Assembly (NCBI GenBank): GCA_003707115.1
Contig: PPNB01000019.1
Coordinates: 62,001-126,000 of the forward strand
Source of the DNA: Tortispora ganteri
Taxonomy: Eukaryota
Direction of reading: 5' to 3'
Length of the DNA stretch: 64,000 bases
The position numbers were made by a program, and so were the translations under genes. The notes beneath the pieces were generated by a model. It saw only the letters and a list, made by a program, of their open reading frames with translations. It was not told the origin of the DNA and did not search any database. This document shows, piece by piece, positions 21,341-31,285 of the stretch; the first letter of the stretch is position 1; each line of letters opens with the position of its first letter.

Positions 21341-21972
21341 CTATAAAAATGTTAGTATACAAGGACGGAAAATGTCAAAAGAAATGTTTTGGTGGCTGGA
21401 GAGTGTATGCTAGGACACGTAAGAAAAAGGGTTCGCTCTCGAACTAACTTTTGCGGGGGAGGAAGAAGCCAACTTGATTTGGACGTTACTATGGTAGGAC
21501 CAGTTCTACCAGCAAAAGTGTGCAAAGTAAAACTAATTAAAATAATAGAAATATTCTTCGATAATATTTATCTCCTGCGGCCCTTAAATATTCGATAGAA
21601 AATGGAAAAAACCAAAATAGAGGCGAGAGACTGCGGATGGGTCTTATTTTGGTAAGTGGGAGAAAGTAGTAACCGCAATGGCGCGGTTGGGGAGGCTAGC
21701 GAATAGGAACCCAGGGATGAAAGGGGACGAAGATCTATCAAGATTGACTGGTATGGGTAATTCACTCAGGAAAGCGAGTATCTCAGCTAGCTTGCCGTTA
21801 ATTATAAACAGAAATAGCGGTATAATAGGCAAATAGCGAGTATCGAATAAAGAAGGGCACTCCGTGAAAGCCAGGTGGCGTAGGAGTTAAAAAGACCAAT
21901 GCTGACTGAGCTTTCCTTTACTTTTCAACGTTTCCTAGATATATACCCAGCTGAAATGTCTAGACTACTTAC
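21341..21972 (-). other. Predicted 632-nt 5'UTR spliceosomal intron of the Adr1/AmdX-like gene
   Basis: AAG|GTAAGT donor at 21972, TACTAAC at 21357-21351, ATTTTTATAG acceptor ending at 21341. Confidence 0.75.
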
Positions 21973-22503
21973 CTTTCTTGTTTGAAAAGAAATAATTTGC
22001 TAGAATATGAGATGTAGAGCTTGAATGTGTAGCCTTAAATTGCTGATCTTATCGATCAAAGAATCACAATCCGAAACGGCACTCAAAGGACAGTAAGAGG
22101 GTATGGTATGCTGGTCTCGAAATAAATTGCAGTTTCACCTTAACTTGGATTAGGAGACACTTCAAACTTGTTTATTCTTTATTTCAAACTTGTTAATGGT
22201 GTATCTGAGTAGTGTTACTTGCAACGCGAAAGAGAAGCAGGCGTTTATTTTTTCTGGCTAGCAAGCAGAAGGTCAATATACTGCTTATTCTGTCAGATGA
22301 GTACTCGGGAAGACGACGTGAAAAAGGTGCCGTCGACAGAGGAAACGTCTGGAAAATCCGATTGTGCACAACTGATGGAATCACAAAAGGGTGAGGCGAA
22401 AGTCTGCGAACAGGATTTGCGACGTTGTTGAGGGTATTGGTTCAGTTGACAAGCTCAAAAATTCCAGGGGATAATAAGCAAGTGGGCTAGTCGGTGAACT
22501 CCC

Positions 22504-23664
22504 TTGGGGTAAGACGGAGGAAATGGAAGAAAAGAAAAAAAAAGCTTTGTATTTTAAGTTATTGTAAAAATCTGGGGTTGAATGAGAATTATGATTGGGT
22601 TAGGGCCGTTGTAACCAATAGCGGAACTTTCGTAGTTCTGTCATCCGGGGTAAAAAAGGCCTGGGGTAAGGAAAGCTAACCTTAAGATCGGTTGAACCTT
22701 GGCCAAAGATCGGACGGAGCGATCAGCCAAAGCTGCTATATACCATGCAAACCGTGTAGTATCACGGACTAATTGACAATCTGTGAAGCCGTAATATTAT
22801 TCAAAAAATATCTTAGTGATCTTTTCCCTTATGTGTTCGTAGGACGTCATCAACCTATTTTTTTGGCGCATTACCAGAATAACGCTTTAAACTTTACATT
22901 AAAATAAAATGTAAAAACCATAAAGTAAAATTAGAGATAGGTATATGCATTATAATCTTAAATCAGTTATCGACAATCGCGATACGCATCAGGTGACTAT
23001 AGCGAGAATTGTCACTGTGTATGTATACAGCACACGATTTCATAGCGAAGACACAATTGTTGGAACTATTGGGCTTGAGAGAATATGCTTCTATTGTTTG
23101 CATATATGATTTTGCAAGCACTATATTGTGACTTGAATATGAGTCTTCCAAAGGCCGCTCGAATTTAGAAACAGAGGGTACTTCTCTGATCACTTGATCA
23201 ACTTACATGACCCACAGTCACCAGCTCTGTGGCGGCCAAGGTGATCTGTTTAATTGAATAACTATAGATACACTAGGCTCAAAAGTTTAAATTTTCATTT
23301 TAATGCATTTATTTCATTTCGTATCAAGTACTTTTACACAGTATAGGAGATGAGTATTGTCGCAAAGCGTGGCCATTCTTACCCCGGATTTTCATTCCCA
23401 TATTAAACGTTGTTTCTATTAGAGTTTTTGCCCCCACTGTAATACCGTGAACTGAATCTGCACTATATTGTTGACCGGCCTATACATTTCTGTAATTTCT
23501 ACAGTATTACAATATAACATAACTATCTAGTCAATTTGTTGTAATAGTATAGTTGGTTACCAAAAGGCTATAGTAGTTAATTACAGGTAAAATTATCCGA
23601 ATATTATCAATACCAACGCTGAATTGTCAACTTCTATATTTGAACAAATCGACCTTACCCCCGC
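22504..23664. promoter_or_regulatory. Cluster of GC boxes (SYGGGG / GGGGTAA), Mig1/CreA- or Adr1-family-like sites
   Basis: AAAAATCTGGGG ending at 22577, CCGGGG 22645, CTGGGG 22661, TTGGGG 22504; reverse-strand copies at 23378-23392, 23432-23437, 23654-23664. Confidence 0.55.
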
Positions 23665-24019
23665 AGTCTAATGACCTACCATGCATGTAAATTAAAAGTT
23701 AACTTATAACTTGTGCATATCAATTGACTAAATTAGACTAAAGAGGGTTTCTTATTTCGTTAATACAGGACGTCGCGTCATTGAACAGATGCCGCACAGA
23801 ATAAAATATTATACCGTTATATGCGTCTCTCTGATACGCGTATAGATACTATGGCCGTTTAAGTGCCATCAAATCAACTTTCTTCTTCAGAAAACTGCTG
23901 GTATTACCAAATGTAACTCAACTGCATATCATTCTCTGTAAATAGTTAAAGGCATAAAAAACTTACTCCCAAAGACTTTTATATCCTAACACGCAACTTA
24001 CACACCATTAGAACCAAAA

Positions 24020-27000
24020 ATGTCATCTTTTCATCGAAATATTCATGTAATCGAAGAGAAACTGCACGACCCTGATGCAGATATACGATTCATGGGTCTG
24101 AATGATTTATCGAAATTCCTCTCAAATTCCTCGGAGACTTTGACCTCGTCAGAAGCAAACCGCGTCTTCAAAGATGTACTGCCGGCTCTAGACGACGTGC
24201 ACGCCGATGTACAGAACGAAGTAGTCATTGTCCTGTCGGCTTTAGCAAAACTACTCTCAATAAACGACTATAACAATTTGCTAAACAAACTTCTTTCAAA
24301 GCTGTCCTCTGTTCCTCTTACCGGTTCCAATATTACCGTCAACACATCTATGGAATTGTCAATAATCACATCCGCGATACGTGCTGTCGTCAACAACCCT
24401 CCTATCACTGACAATTTATCTACACTAGCATTTAGCGATGTCGTTTATGCAATTTTGCCTCTGCTAACGAAATCATTAGACTTCGCCGATATCCTTACCG
24501 ATATTACCAGCCGCTACGGGTCTTCATTTACTCTAGACACCACATCCGCCATTCTCCGAACACTGCTTAACGAAGGCATAAACTCTAGAAACGGGGCTAT
24601 TAGGAGATCATCAGAAAATTTATTTTTTGCTCTGTTTGTCCATCTTGACAAGCATACCGCTTCTTCAACTATCGATTTGCTCGCCTGCAACTTAGCAAAT
24701 GTTGAACTCAGCAGACCTGAATCAGTTAGTGCGAATTCAACTGTTCTTAACATCTTCATGAAATTGATTAAAGCTAAAACACTTCTGAACGCTACCTCTG
24801 TGAAAAATTTGGTCACGAAAACAATATCTATTCCTACAATTTCTGCATATTCGTCCGCTCATTCTGACCTCCTCTTGGATTCTGCTCTTTTCACAGAATC
24901 TGCACTCTTACTAATTGAGAGCGCTCTTGCATATTATCCTGAAGTTTTTTCAGAAAATACTAAACTAATAATTGATGCTGCTTTGTTTTACGTCAATTTC
25001 AATCCAAATAACCTAGGAGATTTTGACCAGAATATTGATATGGATGATTTTGCGGGAAGTGACTTCGAAGATGATGACGACGCATTGTTCGAGATTGAAG
25101 ACGAAGAAGATTACGACGACGACTCTTGGAGACTGAGAAAATCTGCTGCTCAGCTACTAGCAGCGCTGCTCATCACCCACCAGGATTCTCTCTTGTCCTA
25201 TTTCTCGTCTTCTTTGACGTCTCTCCTCCAACTTTGTAACGATACAAGTGAACTTGTTGTCGCCCAAAGTTTTTCTGCTTTGGCGAGCCTTGTGAATTTT
25301 CTAATGTCAAAGAAAACTCCCTTGCAAGAAGGCAGCATCACATCCGACGGTCTTGCTTTACCCTCAAAGAGGAGACGTTCAGAAGACATTTCGCTCTCTG
25401 CCCAAGATAATGCAGCACATACTCTCTGCAATTTATTATACCAAAATGTTACTGATTTAACATCCCTCATAGTTTTGGCAATTCATCCTGCCTCTGCTAA
25501 CATAAATGCGCACTACAAGCTGTCTTCTCAACCTATTGTGACCTTGTCACCCCGATGGGCTGCGTTTCAGTTAGTATTAGGTCTGGCGTCCTCAGATTTT
25601 GATATTTTATCGATATGGGACCAGATATTGCCTGGAATTGAGATAGCTGCCACTGATATCAGTTATGCGCATGTCGTTCAAAGTATGCTCGCAGATTTAA
25701 CTGAGTACAGGAATGCTGAAGATCTGAGACCTTACTTCGAATCACTTGCATCAATGGCGATGAAAGCAATATCTACATTTCCACAGAGCCACCGCTTATA
25801 TATGCTGTCCAAACTTTATACCATTGGCTTCTCAACATATATAGATTCGTCTCAAGCATTGTGGGAATATCTCTACAGAATTTCCATATCAAAAGACACT
25901 GATCTAGAAATCCGAACAGAAGCTGGTCTGTCTCTTATCGCGTGTTGCAAAGTTAACCCGGTGCCTGATAGCGTGATACGTGTGATTGAAGCCTCTGTTT
26001 CTCGACTTGATGATGAAAACACGCGTATTACTGGTCTGAAAATGATCTTAGAGATGGCCACGTGTAAGGATATTATGTGTTGTGCTCAAACTCAATTGAT
26101 ATTGAGAATCTTTAAATCCTGTATTGAATTACTGCGACAATCTAATAAGATTGTCCGCTCTACATCTTCTTTTATCTTGCTTAACTTGTCAGAATTGTCT
26201 ATCGATAACTATATTACCAGCTCTGAGGCAATTGACTGTTATCTCATCAAAATGGCTCTAATGTTAAAAGATGAAGATATCTCTATAGTGGAAGCAGGCT
26301 TTGGCGTCTTTGCCAATTTTGCACACAAATTGGAAGGCTCTTTATTAACAGACTTTATGAATGATTTACCAGAATATGTGGCCAGTCAAGTGATTGAGAA
26401 CTCGGAAGACGCTACTGCGAATTTATCTCGCCTGATCTCTAACATTTCATCTAATCCTAAGAACCTGGAAATTTGCAAAGTGTCCTGTCGAACCCTTTTA
26501 TCAGCTGATACAACTTCTTCTGCTCTCGCTGCTAAAGTAGCGTCAATTTTTATTACTGAGGCACATTTAAATGAAGAATACAAAGGGCTCATACGAAGTA
26601 TTATGGAGAATTTACAGTCTAACCCTCCAGTTGTCTCTTACTATTTATCTATTATTCATTACGTGGGACCTGTTGGTCCAATGGAGTCTACTGAATGGCT
26701 TTATAAACTCATTGAAGGTAGCGACCTGCTAGAAATACGTCGCGCCGCTGCCAAGGCCTTAGGGACATTTATTTGCGATAAGGAGTATGAGATTAATAGC
26801 TTGTTGACAAAAATGTCCAGAGAATACGCATTATCCGGTGACTTGGTAAGCGCTGTTACGGAAGTAGTTCTACATCCGGCTTATGTTCCGCTTCATGATG
26901 CGTTTGATGAACATATTTATAACGCCTTGTTTGGGTTCGCGTATGATGGTTTATCTGCGGCCAATGCTCTAGATGTGAAAACCAAGGTTGCAAATTGTAT

Positions 27001-27775
27001 TGCAACCATTGGTGCCAGTGACCCGGATAAATGGTTAGTCATTTTAAAAAGCAATCTGTCAAGCGAGAGCTCTGAAAAGCGAGGCATTTCTATTGCGGCA
27101 ATTGCTAAGATTGTGTCCACTTTAGAGCTGAACAAGTATGGGTATCTCATAAAGGACGTGATTAGCGAAACGTTTAATCTTATCGAAGACCAAGATATTG
27201 ACAATAGGCAATTAGCCTTGTCTGCCCTGAAAGTCTCAATTTTTTGCAAGTTCGATCTGGTTGGAGATAACCTATCGAAAATTGTCACGTTGACGCTTGC
27301 CAATTGTCAGCCGGATGAGAGTCTCATACAGGTTGTCCAAATGGGGCCTTTCAAGCATAAAGTTGATAATGGATTTGCAGTTAGGAGACTGTCTTATGAG
27401 ATTCTTCTGTCATTATGCAACAACTACGAGCAATCTCTGAACAGTTTAAGCAAAGAAAAGATTCTGAGTGCATGTACACGCGGTCTGCAAGATGAGCAAG
27501 ATATTAGGGTTTTGAGTTTGCGTATAATCGAAAGCATTTTCAATTCGAACCCAGTTAGCTTCTGGGAAAGTGAGTTCTGCGATGGCATCATTAGTGGTAT
27601 GCAAATTTTGAGAGATAAGAAGTTAAAGGAAAACAGTCCACGACAGGAGATCGAGTTAGCTGAACAGTTCAAGGCCGCATTGAGACGAACAGCTCATGGT
27701 ATGGCTGAGAAATTGAAGGATTTGATGATCCCGGACTCCATACAGACGAAGGTACAGCTACTCGAACAATTCTGA
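24020..27775 (+). CDS. CAND1: Cullin-associated NEDD8-dissociated protein 1 (TIP120)
   Basis: 'DPDADIRFMGLNDL', 'DDDSWRLRKSAA', 'VQMGPFKHKVDNG..VRR.SYE'; HEAT repeats; 1251 aa. Confidence 0.93.
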   Translation: MSSFHRNIHVIEEKLHDPDADIRFMGLNDLSKFLSNSSETLTSSEANRVFKDVLPALDDVHADVQNEVVIVLSALAKLLSINDYNNLLNKLLSKLSSVPLTGSNITVNTSMELSIITSAIRAVVNNPPITDNLSTLAFSDVVYAILPLLTKSLDFADILTDITSRYGSSFTLDTTSAILRTLLNEGINSRNGAIRRSSENLFFALFVHLDKHTASSTIDLLACNLANVELSRPESVSANSTVLNIFMKLIKAKTLLNATSVKNLVTKTISIPTISAYSSAHSDLLLDSALFTESALLLIESALAYYPEVFSENTKLIIDAALFYVNFNPNNLGDFDQNIDMDDFAGSDFEDDDDALFEIEDEEDYDDDSWRLRKSAAQLLAALLITHQDSLLSYFSSSLTSLLQLCNDTSELVVAQSFSALASLVNFLMSKKTPLQEGSITSDGLALPSKRRRSEDISLSAQDNAAHTLCNLLYQNVTDLTSLIVLAIHPASANINAHYKLSSQPIVTLSPRWAAFQLVLGLASSDFDILSIWDQILPGIEIAATDISYAHVVQSMLADLTEYRNAEDLRPYFESLASMAMKAISTFPQSHRLYMLSKLYTIGFSTYIDSSQALWEYLYRISISKDTDLEIRTEAGLSLIACCKVNPVPDSVIRVIEASVSRLDDENTRITGLKMILEMATCKDIMCCAQTQLILRIFKSCIELLRQSNKIVRSTSSFILLNLSELSIDNYITSSEAIDCYLIKMALMLKDEDISIVEAGFGVFANFAHKLEGSLLTDFMNDLPEYVASQVIENSEDATANLSRLISNISSNPKNLEICKVSCRTLLSADTTSSALAAKVASIFITEAHLNEEYKGLIRSIMENLQSNPPVVSYYLSIIHYVGPVGPMESTEWLYKLIEGSDLLEIRRAAAKALGTFICDKEYEINSLLTKMSREYALSGDLVSAVTEVVLHPAYVPLHDAFDEHIYNALFGFAYDGLSAANALDVKTKVANCIATIGASDPDKWLVILKSNLSSESSEKRGISIAAIAKIVSTLELNKYGYLIKDVISETFNLIEDQDIDNRQLALSALKVSIFCKFDLVGDNLSKIVTLTLANCQPDESLIQVVQMGPFKHKVDNGFAVRRLSYEILLSLCNNYEQSLNSLSKEKILSACTRGLQDEQDIRVLSLRIIESIFNSNPVSFWESEFCDGIISGMQILRDKKLKENSPRQEIELAEQFKAALRRTAHGMAEKLKDLMIPDSIQTKVQLLEQF

Positions 27776-28161
27776 GTCTCTGGCGTTTTGAAGCGACTTG
27801 TTGTCTGTCAACAAACGGCTATGTGTGATTGTGTGGTTTGGACGCTCGAACGACTTGCCTACATGGCTCGATTAACGCTGCAGAGTTCAATTAGTGAAGC
27901 GAGTGATATCTAAGGCATCAGTGTTTCCGCAATAGGTGCGATACGGTGTCACCGGCATGCTAAAACACCCTGACGAGAGTGAATACGGGTTAAAAGCTGA
28001 CCAATAAGCATGTAATGACTCGCGGAATAAGAATAAGGTTTTAGAGGAATAAAATATAGAAATTTTTAATTGGATATACCATGACGTCACATTTATCGTG
28101 AAGTAAAGTGTTAAGTGGCCAACGTGAGAATAGGCTCGAGCCAATAAATGATTGATTAGCG

Positions 28162-29470
28162 CTAGATAGTGTAGGGTTTGTTAGTAGATACTTCAGAAGG
28201 GAGCGGCAGTCCGACATATATTGGTTGGCCTTTACGAAAATTTTTAAGTTTTACGTTTATAATCGGGCACTCATTGTAGCATCTGCGGAACTCACGGAGC
28301 TTCAGATGCGCATGTGACGGCAGATAACTCGCTGAACAGTATAATATTAAAGCTGCGAGAAGTCATACATTATCACTCTATTGGTCAGTTTGCTGGCTTA
28401 ACGTAGTGAACTGCGATGTGGAAAAGAACGGGTTAGTGTGCGCTTGCCGATCCGCCAGGTGGGATAAGAAGAGGTTACTTTTACGAGCTTAACATCTACC
28501 TTACGGATTGATTTTCATGTCGAAATAGAATCGGTAGCTAAAAAAAATCATCATCTATACACAAACTGCGGCTGGCAGATGAGCCACTACAAATCCATGT
28601 AGAGTCGAAAGCGAGCTCCAATGTGAACGCTGATGCAGCATCGCTGCCATGAGCTGGAATGCGAGTGGTCCCGTCTGGGCGCAATATTACACTTTAGCCG
28701 ATGTCAGGGGCAGAAACTCTATTTCGCAGTTCAATCCCTGAATACGCCGAGCCTCCGGACAACACCGAGTAGGGCGTAGGCGAATATGTTTGAAAGTAAT
28801 GTGTGAGGCAGGGTGCGGGCTGAGTATGATGAAAAGCTCATTAAGTTTATTAACGATTTAGTTAAAATGTAGCATTGTGCTTTGCACACTGGCGCTGCTA
28901 TTGGTATCTGAACAGTAAAGAGCATTTAACAATGCTGCAAACGTGTCCCATTCGCAGCCTCTAAAATCAAGGGCTAAAGATACAGAAGCGACCGAAAAGT
29001 GTGTTAACTTTAGCAGCTTAGTTTCGGCTGAACTAACGGCAGAGAAGTTCTCCTACAAAATACCTAAAAGAATAGAGTTCGTCATTTGACTCAATAAAAA
29101 TTATCATTTTCCTTGTTTGGAAGATGCCTGAGGTTGCAATAGTAAAAAGCTTCTTGACCGGATAGATTATACTTTCACTTGTAACACCGCTATTGAAGGT
29201 CACAATGTACTATTGGATGAATTTGCTTCTCCTAAACTTTATTTTTTATAGTGTTTAGCAATTCAAACTTCTGACAGCCATGAGCAAACTGTTGAAATTC
29301 CACTAGTTTAGGCTTCGAGCGGTTTGCTCGAAGTGTAACCTTCTTCCCTAAGGCTTTTTAAGCAGTTTTATAGGCTGCTACGCATGTTTCCATACTCTTA
29401 TTGGGCTTTACCTTAGGGTTACACTGCCTGAGTGCCCAACTTCGTACAATCTAAAATGAGAAAAAATACC
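28162..29470 (-). ncRNA. Speculative structured long ncRNA (telomerase RNA-like candidate); boundaries approximate
   Basis: No credible ORF; minus-strand hairpins with G-U pairs; UAACCCUAA template-like motif with a 5' hairpin; orphan branch points. No pseudoknot or P6.1 could be confirmed. Confidence 0.25.
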
Positions 29471-29716
29471 ACAAAAAAAAAAAAAGAGAAACTTCACTTA
29501 TATATAGGCTTCAACCTTTCTTGGTAAAGATCTCTACTCTTATTCTTGATTGTGAACCGAATACAGCCTTTTGTCGATCATCTAGTCCTTTTTTCAGTTT
29601 CATTAGAGTCATTTCACCCGGATAGACTTTTTGTATGGATTAGATCTAAACCAATCCTTCGAAATCAATATATACTGTCAACCAACGCTTAGACTAAATA
29701 AAGCATCATTTTACTT

Positions 29717-31285
29717 ATGCCTTCAGAAGACAATACTCGCAAAGAGTACAAACATGATCCTGAATCTTTACGGCAAACTGCAACATTAGATACAGACTCT
29801 GATAGTTCAGAGTTTCTTGCTCACAAGCTGTTCGATATTCCGGGAAACGATTCGCTGACCATTAAAACAGTGCTCGTGAATGAAGCAATCGACGATATCG
29901 GATTCACAAACTATCATGTTAAACTTTTCTTTCTGAACGGTTTTGGTTATGCGGTCGATTCACTGCTTATGTTGATCGCATCTTTAACCCAGACCCAAAT
30001 TCTTAGAGAATTCAATTATGAGTTCCCCATCTTGATTGCTACCAACTACGTGGGTCTTTTCGTTGGTGCGATTTCCTGGGGTGTAACAGCTGACATAATT
30101 GGACGTAAAATTGCTTTCAATGTTAGTCTTTTCCTCACCGCTGTTTTCGCTATCGCGACAGGCGGTGGGTTATCACTTTCTGCAGTTTGCGGCCTGGCTG
30201 CTGTTTCAACTTTATCTGCTGGAGGAAATCTCATTATGGATACCACAGTATTTTTGGAATTTTTGCCATCTCATAAGCAATGGATGGTCACATTAATGGC
30301 ATTGTGGTGGGGTGTTGGCCAAACAGTTGCCGCCCTAGTAGCCTGGCCATTCATGGTTAACTTTTCATGTCCTGAAACCGAGGAAGTGTGTCTGAGATCA
30401 GAGAACATGGGCTGGAGATATACTTATATTACGCTTGGAGCCCTAGTTCTGGTGCTGGCCATCCTTCGTGTTACCATTGTGCATTTAGAGGAGACTCCTA
30501 AGTACTGCCTCGCCAACGGAGAAAACGGCAGGGCCGTAGAAGTTTTGGACAAAATCGCTAATAAATATGGCAGAGTTAACCCTCTAACGGTAGAGGACCT
30601 TGACAAGATTGACAGACTCTACCCTGTGACCAAAGAAGATAATGATAAAGTCATCAACTTAGACCGTCTTTTCAAACACGTTAAGGGTCTATTCCCTAAC
30701 AAGAAGATCGCTTACTCCACCTGTCTGAATTTCCTATCTTGGACAATGATTGGGTTGGCATACCCGCTCTTTAACCAATTCCTGCCATCTTATTTGCAAT
30801 CTCGCGGAGCTGAGACTGGAGATGGGTCTATGAACACCACGTATAAAAACGCAGCAATTGTTGACTCTGTATCTATTGCAGGTCCACTTATCGCTGCTCC
30901 TCTTGTACAAAACAAATATCTTGGGCGCCGAGGAACCATGGTGATTGGCGCCATTTTAACTGCTATTTTTATGTTCGCTTACACTTCTGTCAGAAACCAA
31001 GCACAGAACCTTGGGTTTTCGTGTGCCAACTCCATTTGCATCAACATCTATTATGGAACATTATTTGCATACACACCTGAAGTTATGCCCGCTCAACATC
31101 GTGCAACGGGCAACGGCTTATCGGTTGCATTCAACCGTGCTATGGGAGCTATTGCCCCTGTCATTGCTTACTATAGCGATACAGCAACAGCTGCTCCAGT
31201 TTATGTGATGGCAGCACTATTTATTGGCTTGGCGATAGTGTCAGCTATGTTTCCCTTCGAGCCTCGCGGGCATGCTTCTATGTAG
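29717..31285 (+). CDS. MFS transporter (SV2/organic-cation-like subfamily), substrate unknown
   Basis: 'GFTNYHVKLFFLNGFGYAVD', MFS motif A 'WGVTADIIGRKIAF', 'LGRRGT', about 12 TMs. Confidence 0.9.
   Translation: MPSEDNTRKEYKHDPESLRQTATLDTDSDSSEFLAHKLFDIPGNDSLTIKTVLVNEAIDDIGFTNYHVKLFFLNGFGYAVDSLLMLIASLTQTQILREFNYEFPILIATNYVGLFVGAISWGVTADIIGRKIAFNVSLFLTAVFAIATGGGLSLSAVCGLAAVSTLSAGGNLIMDTTVFLEFLPSHKQWMVTLMALWWGVGQTVAALVAWPFMVNFSCPETEEVCLRSENMGWRYTYITLGALVLVLAILRVTIVHLEETPKYCLANGENGRAVEVLDKIANKYGRVNPLTVEDLDKIDRLYPVTKEDNDKVINLDRLFKHVKGLFPNKKIAYSTCLNFLSWTMIGLAYPLFNQFLPSYLQSRGAETGDGSMNTTYKNAAIVDSVSIAGPLIAAPLVQNKYLGRRGTMVIGAILTAIFMFAYTSVRNQAQNLGFSCANSICINIYYGTLFAYTPEVMPAQHRATGNGLSVAFNRAMGAIAPVIAYYSDTATAAPVYVMAALFIGLAIVSAMFPFEPRGHASM

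Noticed and set aside
27887..28144. 85-aa minus-strand ORF downstream of the orphan TACTAAC
   Set aside because: TTG start, no recognisable motif, no upstream coding exon found
28576..28620. Hammerhead-ribozyme-like CAGAUGAG...CGAAA...UC
   Set aside because: Core is CAGAUGA rather than CUGANGA; stem III would need a 2-nt loop and stem I does not form
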